Positions 39,750 through 52,910 of a stretch of DNA of 64,000 bases are shown here, one piece after another. The stretch's first letter is position 1. Each line of letters starts with the position of its first letter. Below the pieces are notes generated by a model, which saw nothing but the letters and a program-made list of their open reading frames with translations, was not told the origin of the DNA and did not search any database. Source of the DNA: Octopus vulgaris. Taxonomy: Eukaryota. Location: assembly GCA_951406725.2 (NCBI GenBank), contig OX597823.1, positions 90,086,001-90,150,000 on the forward strand, given 5' to 3'. The translations under genes were made by a program, and so were the position numbers.

Positions 39750-40290
39750 TAGGGTGTTCCATAAAGAGTGTCAAATTTGAATTGGGTGACATTTTTGTGT
39801 TTTGAAATTTGAAGGCATGCTTGTATCATGTTTCCTATCACTTTTCACTCCGATTAATAGTTTTTGTTTGTTTTTTAGGATAGTGTGCAATGTGTCATGC
39901 AGCAGTTTACAACTGAGCTACGTGTTCTCATTGTGAAGATATTTTATCAAAACAGAGAAAGTGCAACACAAACAACTCAACTGCTTTGTACCATTTTGGG
40001 GGGAAATGAAACACCCAAATGATTCTGCGTTTCACAGACTATTGATGAAGTTTAAAGCAACTGGTTCAGTTACAATGGCCAAATTGCCTGGACGGAATCG
40101 TTCTTGTTGGACAGATCAACAAATTGCTGTTGTATGAGACAGTATCACTCTGAGTCTGGGAAAATCGATTCACCGACATCCACAGCAGTTGGGCATCCCG
40201 ACCACTTCATTACATCGAATTTTGCAAAAAGATCTCCATATGCATGCATACAAAATTCAAATTACACAGCTTCTCCAGCGATCTGACCAC
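39750..40290 (+). mobile_element. Tc1/mariner-superfamily transposon, 5' part
   Basis: ta-gggtgttccataaa end. Remnants MQQFTTELRVLIVKIFYQN, KFKATGSV, PGRNRS, LHRILQKDLHMHAYKIQITQLL. Confidence 0.75.
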
Positions 40291-40439
40291 GAGACCTCAA
40301 ATGGTATGATATGTTGGGCTATCATACAAGTTCTTATAAACATGGTTATATGCTGCCTATTTCTAATGAGTTGTCTTCCAAAGAGGTATGGAATGTCAGT
40401 CTTATGTCGGTCATATGTCCACCTGCACTGAGTCTGCAT

Positions 40440-40883
40440 GCCTTTCTTTAAATAAAATTTTTGGTTTTCTTAAATGAAGTTAAGACAAAAAAAAACACTT
40501 CTTGAGAAACCAAATAGTCTTTCCTTCCTTCATGCCAAATTTGAAGAAAATATCTCTTTTGCATCTTACTTTTTTGGTCTCTTAAATATACTGCATTTTG
40601 TGGCATTATTTCAAGCCAGCCGGCTTTTTTTGCACAAACTGCATGTGCATATTTTCGCGTACGTGTAGTATCGATCACAACAGCTGATGTACTTACGCAT
40701 ACAAATGCACGTTCCCACGGCTTTATCGATCGCATTCTCACCAGGAATCGATTTTTGTAATTTTTTCAAGACTTATACACGCCCTGATACTGTCGGTATC
40801 TACATATCAAATTTGAGTGCAATCGGATGGAGGATGCCCAAGATCCTAGAAGACACACAGACAGACAGAACAGATTTTATATA
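40440..40883 (-). mobile_element. Helitron-type non-autonomous element, 5' portion, head-to-head with the next element
   Basis: Minus-strand start tatataaaatctgttctgtctgtctgtgtg..ccgattgcactcaaatttg resembles the 3188 5' end. Confidence 0.5.
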
Positions 40884-40884
40884 A

Positions 40885-41271
40885 TATATATATAAAGCTG
40901 AAGTTGTCTGTGTATGACAGGTTTGGTAGCCTTCAACTAACACTATCTTCTCGGAGAACCTGCGGCGCAAGTTGACCAAAATTGAGAGTATGATAGAAGG
41001 AGGCTTGCTCTTCCTTCCGTAGAAGAAAAAATTAAAATTGGACCATCTTAACACCAAATATTATTTACATCAAAAAAGTGCTTTTTTTCTATGAAAACCC
41101 CTATCTTTTACAATTTTTTGACTGCTGTGTCGTCATTTTTCAGTGTATTTCAACCAGAAAAATATTCACTTAAAGAGAATAACAAGCTACATAATGCAAA
41201 ATTTTTACTTTTCAAAAATTCCAATTCTAAAGGATTGAAACAAACCTGAGCAATGCTGGCTGATACTGCTA

Positions 41272-41272
<1 letters not shown>
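40885..41272 (+). mobile_element. Non-autonomous Helitron (~390 bp)
   Basis: tatataaagctgaagttgtctg... gagcaatgctgg.tgatactgCTAG|T. Second copy at 56939-57326. Confidence 0.85.
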
Positions 41273-41307
<35 letters not shown>

Positions 41308-41994
41308 TCATCATCATCATTGTCACTGGTATGGGTTGGACAGTTTGACAGGAGCTGGTCAGGCATGAGCCTGCACCAGATTTCTGCATCTATTTTGGCA
41401 GAGTTTTTATGGGTGGATGCCCTTCCTAACACCAACGACTCAGTGGGGTGGACTATATGTATATATATATATCTTTGTGTCTGAGTTTGTCACACACCAC
41501 TAGTACCAATACCACCACCACCACCTGACAACTGGTGTTAGTATGTTTATGTTCCAGTAACTTAGCAGTTTAGTAAATGAGACTGATAGAATAATATTTT
41601 TTTAAATTTCATCTAGTTTCAGCTCATGAGCTGTGGCCACGCTGGGGCACCGTGATATAAGAACATAAGTCCTGGGATCGATTTGTTTGTCTAAAAATTC
41701 TTGAAGGAGTGCTCCAGCATGGCCACAATCTAATGAGTGAAAGAAATAAAAGAATAAAAGAATTTGTTGACTTAAGAGGAAATAACACAAATGAAGTAGT
41801 TTGATGGTGTTATTTCAGCATTTAAAGTGCGATAAGAAAGAGGAGGAAGAGGAGGAGGGGAGGAGGAGGAGGAGGGAGAAAAGGAAAATGGAAAAGAATG
41901 TGAGAGGGAAAAGAAAAGAAAAAAAGCAGAGGATAAAAAGAGAAAGAGGAAAAGGGGGAAAGAGTAGAGGAAAGAAAGAGAAAAGAAGGGAATT

Positions 41995-42222
41995 GCAGTG
42001 TATGTATAAATGTATGTATGTGCATGTGTATTATGTATGTGCATGTGTGTCTGTGTGTGTATGTCCATATATATGTGTATATATATATATGTATATGTGC
42101 ATATGTATGTATATATATATATGTATGTGTGTGTATGTATATATACATATGTATGTATGATGTGTGTATATATATATATACATGTGTATGTATGCATATA
42201 TATATGTATATATATATATATG

Positions 42223-42261
<39 letters not shown>

Positions 42262-42388
42262 ATGTATATATACATATGTATGTATGTATGTATGCATATA
42301 TATGTATATATATGTGCATATATATATGTATATATATATATGTATGCATATATATATATATATATATGTACATATACATATGTATGTA

Positions 42389-42435
<47 letters not shown>

Positions 42436-42442
42436 GTATGTA

Positions 42443-42480
<38 letters not shown>
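41995..42480. repeat. Compound (TA)/(TG)/(TATG) microsatellite
   Basis: Direct inspection. Confidence 0.95.
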
Positions 42481-42481
<1 letters not shown>

Positions 42482-43039
42482 TAAAGTGGTAAGAACTATT
42501 TTCTAGTTTAGATTGCATGTGTTGTTTCAGATTCTAAAATTACAAAGTCTGCAATACAAAATATTTTAGTAGGATATCAGTGACCCAACTTCGCCCCACC
42601 CCTCCACCTCCACCACCTTTCTCTTTCTCTTTGCTTTTAACTAAAAAAAAATAATAAATAAAAGAAAACGAAAAAAATAACAATAAATACTAAAAGGAAA
42701 AAAAACAAAATGGCAGTTGTTATGTTTCGTGTAACATTCAAATATGTGTCGGGTCAGATTTGCGGGCATGCACTGTTGCAGCGCACTGCTGCATTCAACA
42801 TTCATCGGTATATTCCTGGGTTGTCCTGGGGAATCCCTTCGGTAGAGTTTCAGTTAGTTCTCATCTCCACAAAGTCCATCTACATCTGCTGTTGCTGTTG
42901 CTGTTGCTGTTGAGCAAACGGTCATCGTCCCACAGCTCGCAAGATGGGAGAAGTCCGAATCATGGTCCTTTGCTATTCGTAAGACCCGCAGAAGAGAAAG
43001 CAGGTCAACCCCCCGACACCGACAGCATCGACGGATGGA

Positions 43040-43282
43040 TGAATGCGCATCCAGGCTCAGCGGTTGCGTAGGAAGTCAGGGACAAGAAACAGGAAGAAAG
43101 AGTGAGCGAAAGTTGGAGCAAAAGTGTACAACAGGGGTCGCCACCACCCCCTGCCAGAGCCCCGTGGAGCTTTAGGTGTTTTTGCTCAATAAACACACAC
43201 AACGCCCGGTCTGGTAATCGAAACTGTGATCCTCCGATCGCGAGTCCGCTGCCCTAACCATTGGGCCATTGTGCCTCCACTT
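43040..43282 (-). mobile_element. tRNA-derived SINE, fourth family
   Basis: Head gtggaggc.caatggccca.tggttaggg..gcggactcgcg..gtttcgatt. Second copy at about 57990-58278. Confidence 0.8.
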
Positions 43283-43750
43283 GCTGTGGCTGTAGGGGCA
43301 CGTGGTTGACCAATACAAGCCATCAAACCCAGCTGGATCCTCAATGAATAGAACACAGTAAGCAGGGTCCAGCTTGGGGCAGTGTGGAACATGACCACCC
43401 AGTTTGAGTTGGCACTCTTGAGTCATACAAGGGACAGGATGCATCCCAGGTTCTGGATAAAGTCATTGGTTGGATATGAAATTAGACCAATGGTCACCCA
43501 CTGTCCTGTGAAGCACCCTGGTACCAAAGAAGTTCAGTCAAATCCTAAGAGCCCTGGACATACACATATGTATACACATACACATATACAGACACATACA
43601 AATACATATACACACATATGTATATATACACACATATACATCCATCCATCCGTCTGTTTGTCCGTCCATCCATCTGTTCATCCGTCCATCCATCTGTCCG
43701 TTCATCCATCTGTCTGTCTGTCTCTCTATCCATCTATCTATCTATCTAGG

Positions 43751-43902
43751 TGGAGAATTCACAAAAAAAAAAAAAGACGAGACAGGTGGTGTAGAAAACA
43801 AACAGATGTGTTAGTATAACCTTCAAGAATTGAAAAAGTCTTTTATGTTTCGAGCCTACGCTCTTCTACAGAAAGGAACACAGAAAGAAACGAAGGAAAG
43901 AA
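43751..43902 (-). mobile_element. PLE pLTR-like fragment with hammerhead variant (inverted partner at 47325-47485)
   Basis: Minus: ccttt CTGTAGA agagc-gtag-gctc GAAAC aTA aaag. Reverse complement of 47325-47485. Confidence 0.65.
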
Positions 43903-43909
43903 AGAAATT

Positions 43910-46635
43910 TGCCATAAGCATTACTGCAAATTTACGCAGCTTGATATTATTGACTTTTATCCGTCAATTTCCAGGCTTTTGCCCCTAATGCATTAGACTT
44001 CGCCAGGCAGTATGTCAACATCGATAACTCGGAAATTGATATTATCATACATGCGAGGAAATCACTTCTTTTTTATGAAGATTCCACCTGAGTTAAGAAG
44101 AGTGAGGATTCTCTTTTCGATGTACCGATGGGGGTATACAACGGGGCTGAGTTATGTATGCTCATAGGAGCTTATATTCTACACAATCTAAAACTAGAAT
44201 TCCCGTTTATAGATGCAGGTTTATATAGGGATGACGGTCTTATAATCACCCATAATTTAAATGGCCATGAATCAGATAAGCTTAGGAAGGATCTTATTGC
44301 TTTCTTCCAAAGGATGGGCTTACGGGTTACAATAGACACTAACCTGAAAAGTGTAGAGTTTTTAGATGTAAATTTGGATTTAAGGTCGGATACATTTAAA
44401 CCTTACCGTAAGCCTAATGATAAGCTACCTTATATTAGCAAAGAATCCAATCATCTGCCAGTTATTCTTAGGAACTTAGTCAGTAATGTAGGAAGACGAA
44501 TATCATCAATTTCTTCAGATGAGGCAGCATTCACAAATGCCGCACCTTATTACAATAGCGCATTAGTGGATTCTCTGAGAAGATCCAGTATAACCAACTT
44601 AATGCTAGCAGCAATGCTACACGTAGAACTAGGACTAGAAAATTTTGTGGTTTAAGCCAGCTTTCAATATAGCCGTAAAAACAAATATAGGCAGGGAATT
44701 CTTAAAATTAGTCTCTAGACATTTTCAACATGACCATAAGTTTTATGGAATATTTAATAGAAGAACGCTTAAGATCAGCTAGTCTTGCTGCAGAAACTTC
44801 GCCTCTTTCATTAACCAACACAACAGTAGGATAATTGCTAATAACCATAGTGCTGATTCTCTTCTTAAAAATTGTAATTGCAAAGATGGGTCCTGGTGTT
44901 AGTTGGAAGGAAAATATCTGGAGAAAGGAATCGTGTATAGAGCTAAGGTGCAGATAGAAGGCTCATGCAAATATAGAACTTATACAGGGGCTTCTGAAAA
45001 TTCTTTCAAAACCCGATTCTATTCGCATAAAAATTCCTTCAGGTACCCCGAAATTAGGACGAAGACCAGCCTGGCGAAATATGTCTGGTAATTAAAAGAA
45101 AAAGAAGCCCAACCTTTCAACGTGACAAAGAGTATTTTGGATAGAGCTGCACCATACAGGTACGGTGCATACAAAAGACCAATCAAATGTAATTTGTGCC
45201 TGCTGGAAAAATATTTCATTTTATTCTAGGACAATAATTCTTTAAATCAAAGAAGTGAACTCTTGAATTCCTCCAGACACGCAGCTAAATTTTAAATGTT
45301 AGCTAGCAATATACCATATGGATAGCGTACATTTTTGATTCTTGGACTAGTTTTTAATCAGACTGCTGGATTTGTTTCTTATTATGCATGATTTATTCCG
45401 CATCGCAAAGTTATTGTATATATTTCGACATATTTCTTAAGGAAAACCTTCGACTGTTATTTACAAATATTATTTTCTCATTTAAGATTCTGCTTTTATT
45501 TCGTTTTGTTTCATTTTATTGTATTTTATAAACCCATTTTAATCGTTTAATTTATAGATAGTTCTACATAGGGTCTTCTATTTTGCATGTCTCTTATCTG
45601 AACTTTATTATTATGCTCTCAGCAATTTAAAAAAAATAATGTCCGTTTGTATATACGTCAGGACCTAGACATGTTTTTATGTGGATGTTTGTATTGTTGG
45701 CATGCATATGTATTCGTATATATGCGCCTATGTATATGTGTAAGTAAGCGTGTAGGTTTATACTTGTGCACATACATACATAGATGTATATGTATGCATG
45801 TATTCACTTGAATTTGTGTGGGTGTGTATTTATGTATTTATTTCCATATATTTATATATGTGTTCTTGTATGTGTATTTACTGCTAATATACATTTTTAT
45901 TTTGTGCATGTTCGTTAAGCATATTCAGACTCCTATATTTCTTTCTTCCTTTCCTTCATTACGGAAAACTATTTTTTCTCCCCCTATTCGTTACTTGTAT
46001 AGAGTCCTTTAACTTTATGCGCCCCTCCCTTTCTCTTACTTCTTTAACTAACTGTTGCTTATAAGATTCTTACCTTTTCTTTTTCTTTTTCTTCCCCCTC
46101 TCTGCGTTTTACTTCTACACTATATGTATACACCAAATGATTTTTGTATGTGGGCAAGATAGCATACATATGTATATTTACATCTTACATATATATGTCT
46201 GCATATGTATGTGGTCTGTGTATATCTATCTGGTTTAGTATGCGTATATACTGTTGTGAAATATTTTAATTTTTAATGTATTAATCCATTTATATTTCAT
46301 ATATAATTAATGACAACATGTATTTTGAATCTGCTCTTCGATTTTTTTATAGCAGGATGAATTTATATTGAATTCATTTATTTTGTTTATTTTGTTTATC
46401 GAACGCTTCAGACCATTATTTGAAAGGACCAATGAAACAAATCCATTTTTAAAGGTGTATCCTTTAACTAGTTTTGATCATATCGTTACTTCTGTTCTAT
46501 TTTAACAAAACTGTCCGATGAACGGGAATGTGAAACTCTGAGTAACAGCTTTTGTTATATTTCTGCTGCTTTTAAATATAGCATATTACTCTACCTCTGG
46601 TATTTGAGTACTCTTTCTTCCCCCTTGTTTCACAT
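43910..46635 (+). mobile_element. Penelope-like element: decayed RT plus GIY-YIG, long AT-rich 3' region with hammerhead
   Basis: QLDIIDFYPSI, FDVPMGVYNGAELC, GLYRDDGL, FLDV, YRKPN, CNC linker, GIVYRAKV..YTGASE..FKTR..H, TSLAKYVW, CNLCLLEK. Stops and frameshifts present. Confidence 0.92.
46504..46556 (+). ncRNA. Type I hammerhead ribozyme with U4C core substitution
   Basis: Stem I aacaaaactgt/acagcttttgtt. CCGATGA 46515-46521. Short stem II. GAAAC-tctga-GTA 46532-46544. Confidence 0.75.
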
Positions 46636-46652
46636 TTATGTGCTTACTCCAG

Positions 46653-46689
<37 letters not shown>

Positions 46690-47274
46690 ATTATTATAAT
46701 AAAAGGGTAAAATCAATAATAATTTTACCAGGTGTCAGTGCAAAAATAAAAACTTCATAGGTATATTTTACAAAATATTTTGTAATTATATGCATAATTA
46801 TAACAAGGGATTGACTTTATACCTCGCCCACACACTGCAAGAAATAGATGCTAAAGCCCCTATTACCACCTTAAAATCTCCGAGAATAACACTATATTGT
46901 AGGCGAGCAAAAGTAAAATAACGAATCAACAAGGTTCGGTTAACTGCATACAAGATCGTGTTTCAAGCTACAAGTAAAAAATATTTTATCTACTGCTCTC
47001 ATCAGTGACACTGCTCCGTATTATAAATTTATGGATATCTCAAAATATGCATGCGATTGGCGGCATCGCATGACCTATATCCATCTACATTCATAAAAAT
47101 ATACTGCCAAATAGAATTCATGCCTTTCTTTTATACCCATGTGTAGTGTGTTATGATCTAGATTGCAGTAAATACTGTTTCGATCATGGAGTAAATTTAT
47201 TCAAATATTAATTATAATAAAAGGTGATGTGTAAAGCTGATTCCTTGTTATAATTATGTATATAATTATAAAAT

Positions 47275-47320
<46 letters not shown>

Positions 47321-47495
47321 ACATTTTTTTTCTCTCGTTTCTTTCTGTGTTCCTTTCTGTGGAAGAGCGTAGGCTCGAAATGTTAAAGACTTTTTCAATT
47401 CCCGAGTGTTATACTAATACATCTGTTTGTTTTCTACACCACCTGTCTTCGTCTTTTGTTTTTTTTTTCATGAATTCTCCTCCTATATATATATA

Positions 47496-48788
47496 TCATC
47501 ATCATCATCATCATCGTTTAACGTCCGTTTTCCGCGCTAGCACGGGTTGGACGGTTCGACCGGGGTCTGGGAAGCCAGGGGCTGTTCCAGGCTCCAGTCT
47601 GATCTGGCAGAGTTTCTACGGCTGGATGCCCTTCCTAACGCCAACTACTCCGCGAGTGTAGTGGGTGCTTTTTACGTGCCACCTGCACAGGTGCCAGGGG
47701 GGTCCGGCATCGGTCACGATTGGTTGGAGCTTTTAACATGCCAGCAGCACGGAAGCCAGCCAAGGCGGCACTGGCAACGTTCGGATGGTCTTTTTATGTG
47801 CCACCAGCACAGGAGCCAGTCGGGGTGACGCTGGCATCGGCCACGGTCGGATAGTGCTTTTTATGTGCCACCGGCACAGGCATCACAACTACTATTTCCA
47901 TTGATATTTATTTCGACGTTCATGTTCATGTACTTGACTCAACAGGTCTCCTCAAGCACAGCGGGACGTTCTGGGATCCGGAGTACTTTGAATGGGCAGG
48001 GACTATGCGGAACTGATGCAGGAAGCAGCCCGGGTCTTTGCAGTCACAGCATATCTCCAGAGATCTCGGTCCTTTGCCATTGCCTCAGTGAGGCCCAACG
48101 CTCTGAGGTCATGCTTGACTACCTCATCCCATGTCTTCCTGGGTCTACCTCTCCCCCTGATATCTTCAACTGTTTGGGAGTGGCACTTCTTCACACATCT
48201 TTCCTCATCCATCCGCAGCACATGACCATACCATCGCAAGCGTCGCTCTTGCACACCACATCTGATGCTTCTTATATCCAGCATTTCTCTCAGGGTGCTT
48301 ACACTCTGTCGTGCATGCTCACTGACATTACACATCCAGCGGATCATGCTAGCTTCATTTCTTTCAAGTCTACGCATGTCCTCTGCAGTCACAGCCCATG
48401 TTTCACTACCGTGAAGCATGGCAGTTCCACACATGCATCATACAATCTACCTTTCGCTCTGAGCGAGAGACCCTTTGTCGCCAGTAGGGGTAGGAGCTTT
48501 CTGAACTTTGCCCAGGCTATTCGTATTCTAGTGGTGATACTCTCTGTGCATCCACCTCCACTACTAACTTGGTCACCCAGGTAGCGGAAACTATCAACTA
48601 CTTCTAGTTTCTCTCCCTGGAGTGTGATGGAATCTGTTTTCTGAGTGTCTGTGGTGTCTATTGTCCCTGTGCATCTGCCGCATATGAAAGCTATCTTATC
48701 TGTTAATTTCCCTTTAATGTTGCTGCACCTCTTGTGCGTCCATAGCTTACATTGCGTGCATCTTATGGAGTTTTTACCTACACCTTTC
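47496..48788 (-). mobile_element. 5'-truncated RTE LINE with PHD-like Cys motif, 3'UTR and (GAT)n tail
   Basis: SIRCTQCKLWTHKRC..FICGRC, FRYLG, LHGSETW, ERRLRWYGHV, RGRPRKTW. Confidence 0.93.
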
Positions 48789-48886
48789 AAATTCTACATA
48801 TATATATATATGCATGTATGTATGTATGTATGTATGTATGTATGTATGTATGTATGTATGTATGTATGTATGTATGTATGTATTTA

Positions 48887-49101
48887 CAAGGGGTGCTGAA
48901 AAATTTCTGGCTTTAGGGTATTACGAAAAGCCTGGCTGGAGGTCCAACCTTCTGAGTTCTTTTACAAGGCTTAGAAAAACTGAAGGGCTTCTGCAATAAC
49001 CGTGTGAATCTGAGAAGGGAATATGTTGAATAAAATCATAATTAACTGATCCTCCTGTATTTTCTTTTAATCAAAGTCAGGTACTTTTCAGCACTCCCTT
49101 G
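48887..49101. mobile_element. Mariner-derived MITE (same TIR family as the 11149 element)
   Basis: TA|caaggggtgctgaaaa ... ttttcagcactcccttg|TA. Confidence 0.85.
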
Positions 49102-49164
49102 TATACACACACATGTATATTCGTACCCACACATGTATACCTACATTCACACACATGCATCTAT

Positions 49165-50052
49165 AAGAAGTTGTTATAGATGTTATAAGAAATGCTGAAA
49201 AATGAGAATGTGGTTTTCATGGCAGTGATATCCGACACTCTAGAATTTGGCACCCAAAACTCATCTATGTAAAAGCTGCATTAGGAGACATTCTGAAAGG
49301 TTCTAGAAGGTTGCATTATGTCTAGTTCAACACCAACAAAACTATCTGGCCCTTGGGTGCTTTACCAAACTAGATTCTGTTCTAAGTGTTCAGACAAGCA
49401 AACACTTTGCTGCCACAGATATCTTCAGACCATAATAATCTTAAGAATGATACACATGATATAGTACAGGCATGGCGGAATGGTTATGTACCAATCAGGA
49501 GCAAATCAAACAAGGAAGGGCAGTCTAAGTGGGCACATATTTAAAAAGCAGTATCCCATGATAGACAGTCAAATGACTTAACCCTTTCGTCTCCAACCCG
49601 GCTGAAACCGGCTCTGGCTCTAAGTACAAATGTCTTGTTTTCATAAGTTTTGAATAAAAATCTTCCACCAAACCTTAGTCACAATTTATGTTCCTAACAC
49701 TAGCTGAATGATAACTAAGTTATTTTATTAAATTCTTTGTTATATTTAAAGTAATTGAAAGAAAAACAGAGCATCTCAACAGAAATACAGTAATGAAAGG
49801 GTTAAGCTAGGAATAGAAAAAAGAGAAGTGTATTGCCAAGTAAAAGCCATAGTTTTGTAACAGCCATTTCACATGACCAGTGGATTAACTAACCAGTCAG
49901 CATTAAGCCATCAAATGATGCAACATTTTAGAACTTTCTGGAGTGTCTCCTAATGTGTAGTTTTAGGCACCAAATTCAAGAGTGTTGGAAATCACTGTTA
50001 TGAAAACCATATTCTCATTTTCCAGCATTTAACAGCTGTTTTAACAATTTCT
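49165..50052. repeat. Diverged ~140-bp inverted repeats around an unclassified element
   Basis: 49165-49318 is approximately the reverse complement of 49914-50052. Confidence 0.75.
49582..49801. mobile_element. Intact piggyBac-type MITE (220 bp)
   Basis: TTAA|CCCTTTC ... GAAAGGG|TTAA. Related copies at 53347-53778 (with a SINE insertion) and fragments near 29200, 30800, 35880, 59055, 60560. Confidence 0.88.
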
Positions 50053-51249
50053 TGTTCAACCAAGTGGACAGCTGCTACAGTAATTCAGTCATGAATTTAG
50101 CAGGTTTTATCAACAGTTCTGACAGCTTATTCACAGAGCCTATTTAAGCAAGTATTTTGTCATAACTACAGGATTGTCTTTTCCAGCTTTCAATGCTTTG
50201 TTGTTGTATTATTAATTCAAGACCCAACATGGGAAATGTTTTGCGTGGTGAATAAAGTTTCTGTTAATTGTTCACAAGAGCTATGCATTATTTATATGCA
50301 ACCAGCAACACCTCCGCATCGTTCATTCGATGACATACGTGATAAGTGGTAACCCCTCATGACAGAAGTATATTATGAAGGAAAATAGAGGAAATGTGCA
50401 TGTGATGTGATTTAACTGTTCAAGCTTTGTCAAATGCAATGCTTATTTATTCAAGTTGGTTTGAATTAATCATGCATCTTCTCATAGCTTCAAGATTTCA
50501 ATGATGTGATTGAATATTTTCACAATGACATTGTATGGTAAGTCTGAGAGGCCAAATCTGGTCAGTTTGAACAGAAAGCATGTAAAATACTTGGGTCTGA
50601 TATGCCTGATTTAAATGCTAGAAGGTTAAAAATTTGTTTTTAATTGTTTATATTGTTTATTAAATATAATTGTTTAGTAGTTGGTTTCTTAATAAAGTTC
50701 AATACATCATCATCATCATCATCGTTTAACGTCCGTTTTCCATGCTAGCATGGGTTGGACGGTTCAACCAGGGTCTGGGAAGCCAGGGGGCTGCACCAGG
50801 CTCCAGTCTGATCTGGTGGTGTTTCTACAGCTGGATGCCCTTCCTAATGCCAACCACTCCGTGAGTGTAGTGGGTGCATTTTACGTGCTACCAGCACAGG
50901 TGCCAGGGGAGGCTGGCAATGTCCACGATCAATTGGTAGTTTTTACGTGCCACCGACACAGAAGTCAGTAAAGGCAGCGCTGGCATCGGCCACATACGGA
51001 TGATGCTTTTTAGGTTCCACTGGCACAGGTGTCAGGGTAGGCTGGCAACAGCCACAATCGGTTGGTGCTTTTTACGGTCAAGGCAGTGCTGGTATCGGCT
51101 GCGTACGGATGGTCATCATCATTTAATGTCTGTTCTCCATACTGGTATGGGTTGGATGGATGGACAAGAGCTGGTGAGGCAGAGAGCTGCACCAGGCTCC
51201 ATTTGTTTGTTTTGGTATAGTTTCTGACTGGTGCCCTTCTTAATGTCAG

Positions 51250-52496
51250 TCAAAATTTTAAATTTTGGTTTTAAATGATGTATTTTCAAATTAAGTTTTG
51301 TTTTGACTTTATATATCATTTTAAAGCCCATTTTTTGCTCTATCTAATTGTCTTACTCTTTTTGTTTTTGAATAATTAGGTCGGTTTTTCCAGAATGTTG
51401 GATACAACATGGACAAAAAGAAAATTCGCACAATTTTCTTATTCCAATTCAAGCTAGGCCGAAAAGCTGCTGAAACAGCTCACAATATCAACGATGCGTT
51501 TGGCCCAAGAACCACTAATGAACTTACAGCACAATGGTGGTTCAAGAAATTTCATTGCAGTGACGAGAGTCTTGAAGGTGATAAGCGTAGTGGTCGGCCA
51601 TCAGATGTTGACAACAATCAACTAAGAGCCTTAGTCGAAGCCAATCCTTGCACAACTGTTCGGGAGCTTGCTTCTGAATTAGACGTAACATATACGACAA
51701 TTTTCAACCACTTGAAAGAGATTGGAAAAACAAAAATACTTGAGAAATGGGTGCCACACGAATTGAACAACAACCAAAAAAAACACCATTTTGAAGTGTC
51801 GTCTTCCCTTCTTAGAAGTATCCCATCAAGAACGACCCGTTTCTCGACCAGATTGTGGCTTGCGATGAAAAGTGAATTCTTTATGACAACTGGCGACACT
51901 CAGCTCAATGGTTGGACGCTGATGAAGCTCCATGGTACTTCCTGAAGCCAAAGTTGCACCAAAAGAAGGTCATTGTGACTATTTGGTGGTTTGTGGCCTG
52001 TCTTGTCCATCACAGCTTTTTGGATCCAGGCAAAACTATTACGGCTGAGAAGTACTGTCAGCAAATGGATGAAATGCATAAGAAACTCCGACAACAACAG
52101 CCAGCATTGGTCAATAGAAAAGGACCAATTCTTCTCCATGACAATGCTTGGTCACATGTCACACACCTAACCCTGTAGAAGTTGAACGAATTGGGCTACG
52201 AAACTCTGCCTCACCATGCCCTTCACCTACCGACTACCACTTTTTCAAGCATCTCAAAAACTTCCCGCATGAGGAATGCTTCAAAAACCAAGACAATACC
52301 AAATACGCCTTCAACAACTTCATCACCACCAGAACGCAGGATTCTTAGGCTACTGGCATTAATAAACTTGTTTCGTGTTGGCAAAAGTGTTTTGATACTG
52401 ACAGCGTTTATTTCGATTAATAAAGTTTTGTTTGAGCCGAGATATGTGCATCTGAATTTAAAGGTTAAAAACCGCAAGAACTTTCTTGACAATATA

Positions 52497-52498
<2 letters not shown>
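51250..52498 (+). mobile_element. Mariner (Hsmar1/cecropia-like) transposase pseudogene, left TIR not evident
   Basis: MDKKKIRTIFLFQFKLGRKAAETA, KWVPHEL, KGPILLHDNA, SPTDYHFF. Right end ccgcaagaactttcttgacaatataata. Confidence 0.93.
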
Positions 52499-52527
<29 letters not shown>

Positions 52528-52606
52528 CATACATATATTTATACATATAAATTTCTCATCTGAAAGTTTCCAACTTTTGCTTTCTCTCATTTTGCATGAA
52601 TACATA

Positions 52607-52910
52607 CAAGGGTTGGACAAAATAATGGAAACACCTAGCATCATAATTTTGAAATATCTATAAAACCATCAAAAGCTTGTTTGTTTTTAGGCTTTTTGAT
52701 TTATCATTAGAGTTGCTTAATATGTTTTGGTAAAATTGCTGTTTCTTTTCAGATATCTTCAAAAAAAGGTAATTAAAATGACAGATCTATTGGACTTTCA
52801 AAGAGGTCAAATTGTTGGTGCTTGTATGGCAGGTGCTAGTGTAACAAAAACAGCCAAAATGTTTGGTATATCAAGAAGTACTATCTCGAAAGTAACGACA
52901 GCCTTTGGAG
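52607..52910 (+). mobile_element. Tc1-like transposon 5' fragment
   Basis: TA|caagggttggacaaaataatggaaacacc. N-terminal HTH MTDLLDFQRGQIVGACMAGASVTKTAKMFGISRSTISKV. Confidence 0.85.

Noticed and set aside
41772-42518. Long YI/HT/CV-rich ORFs (also at 125, 9012, 10341, 24353, 33003)
   Set aside because: Translations of (TA)/(TG)/(CATA) microsatellites, open in many frames.
46940-47005. Minus-strand CTGATGA gagc..gctt GAAAC candidate
   Set aside because: No convincing stem I/III pairing after GAAAC.
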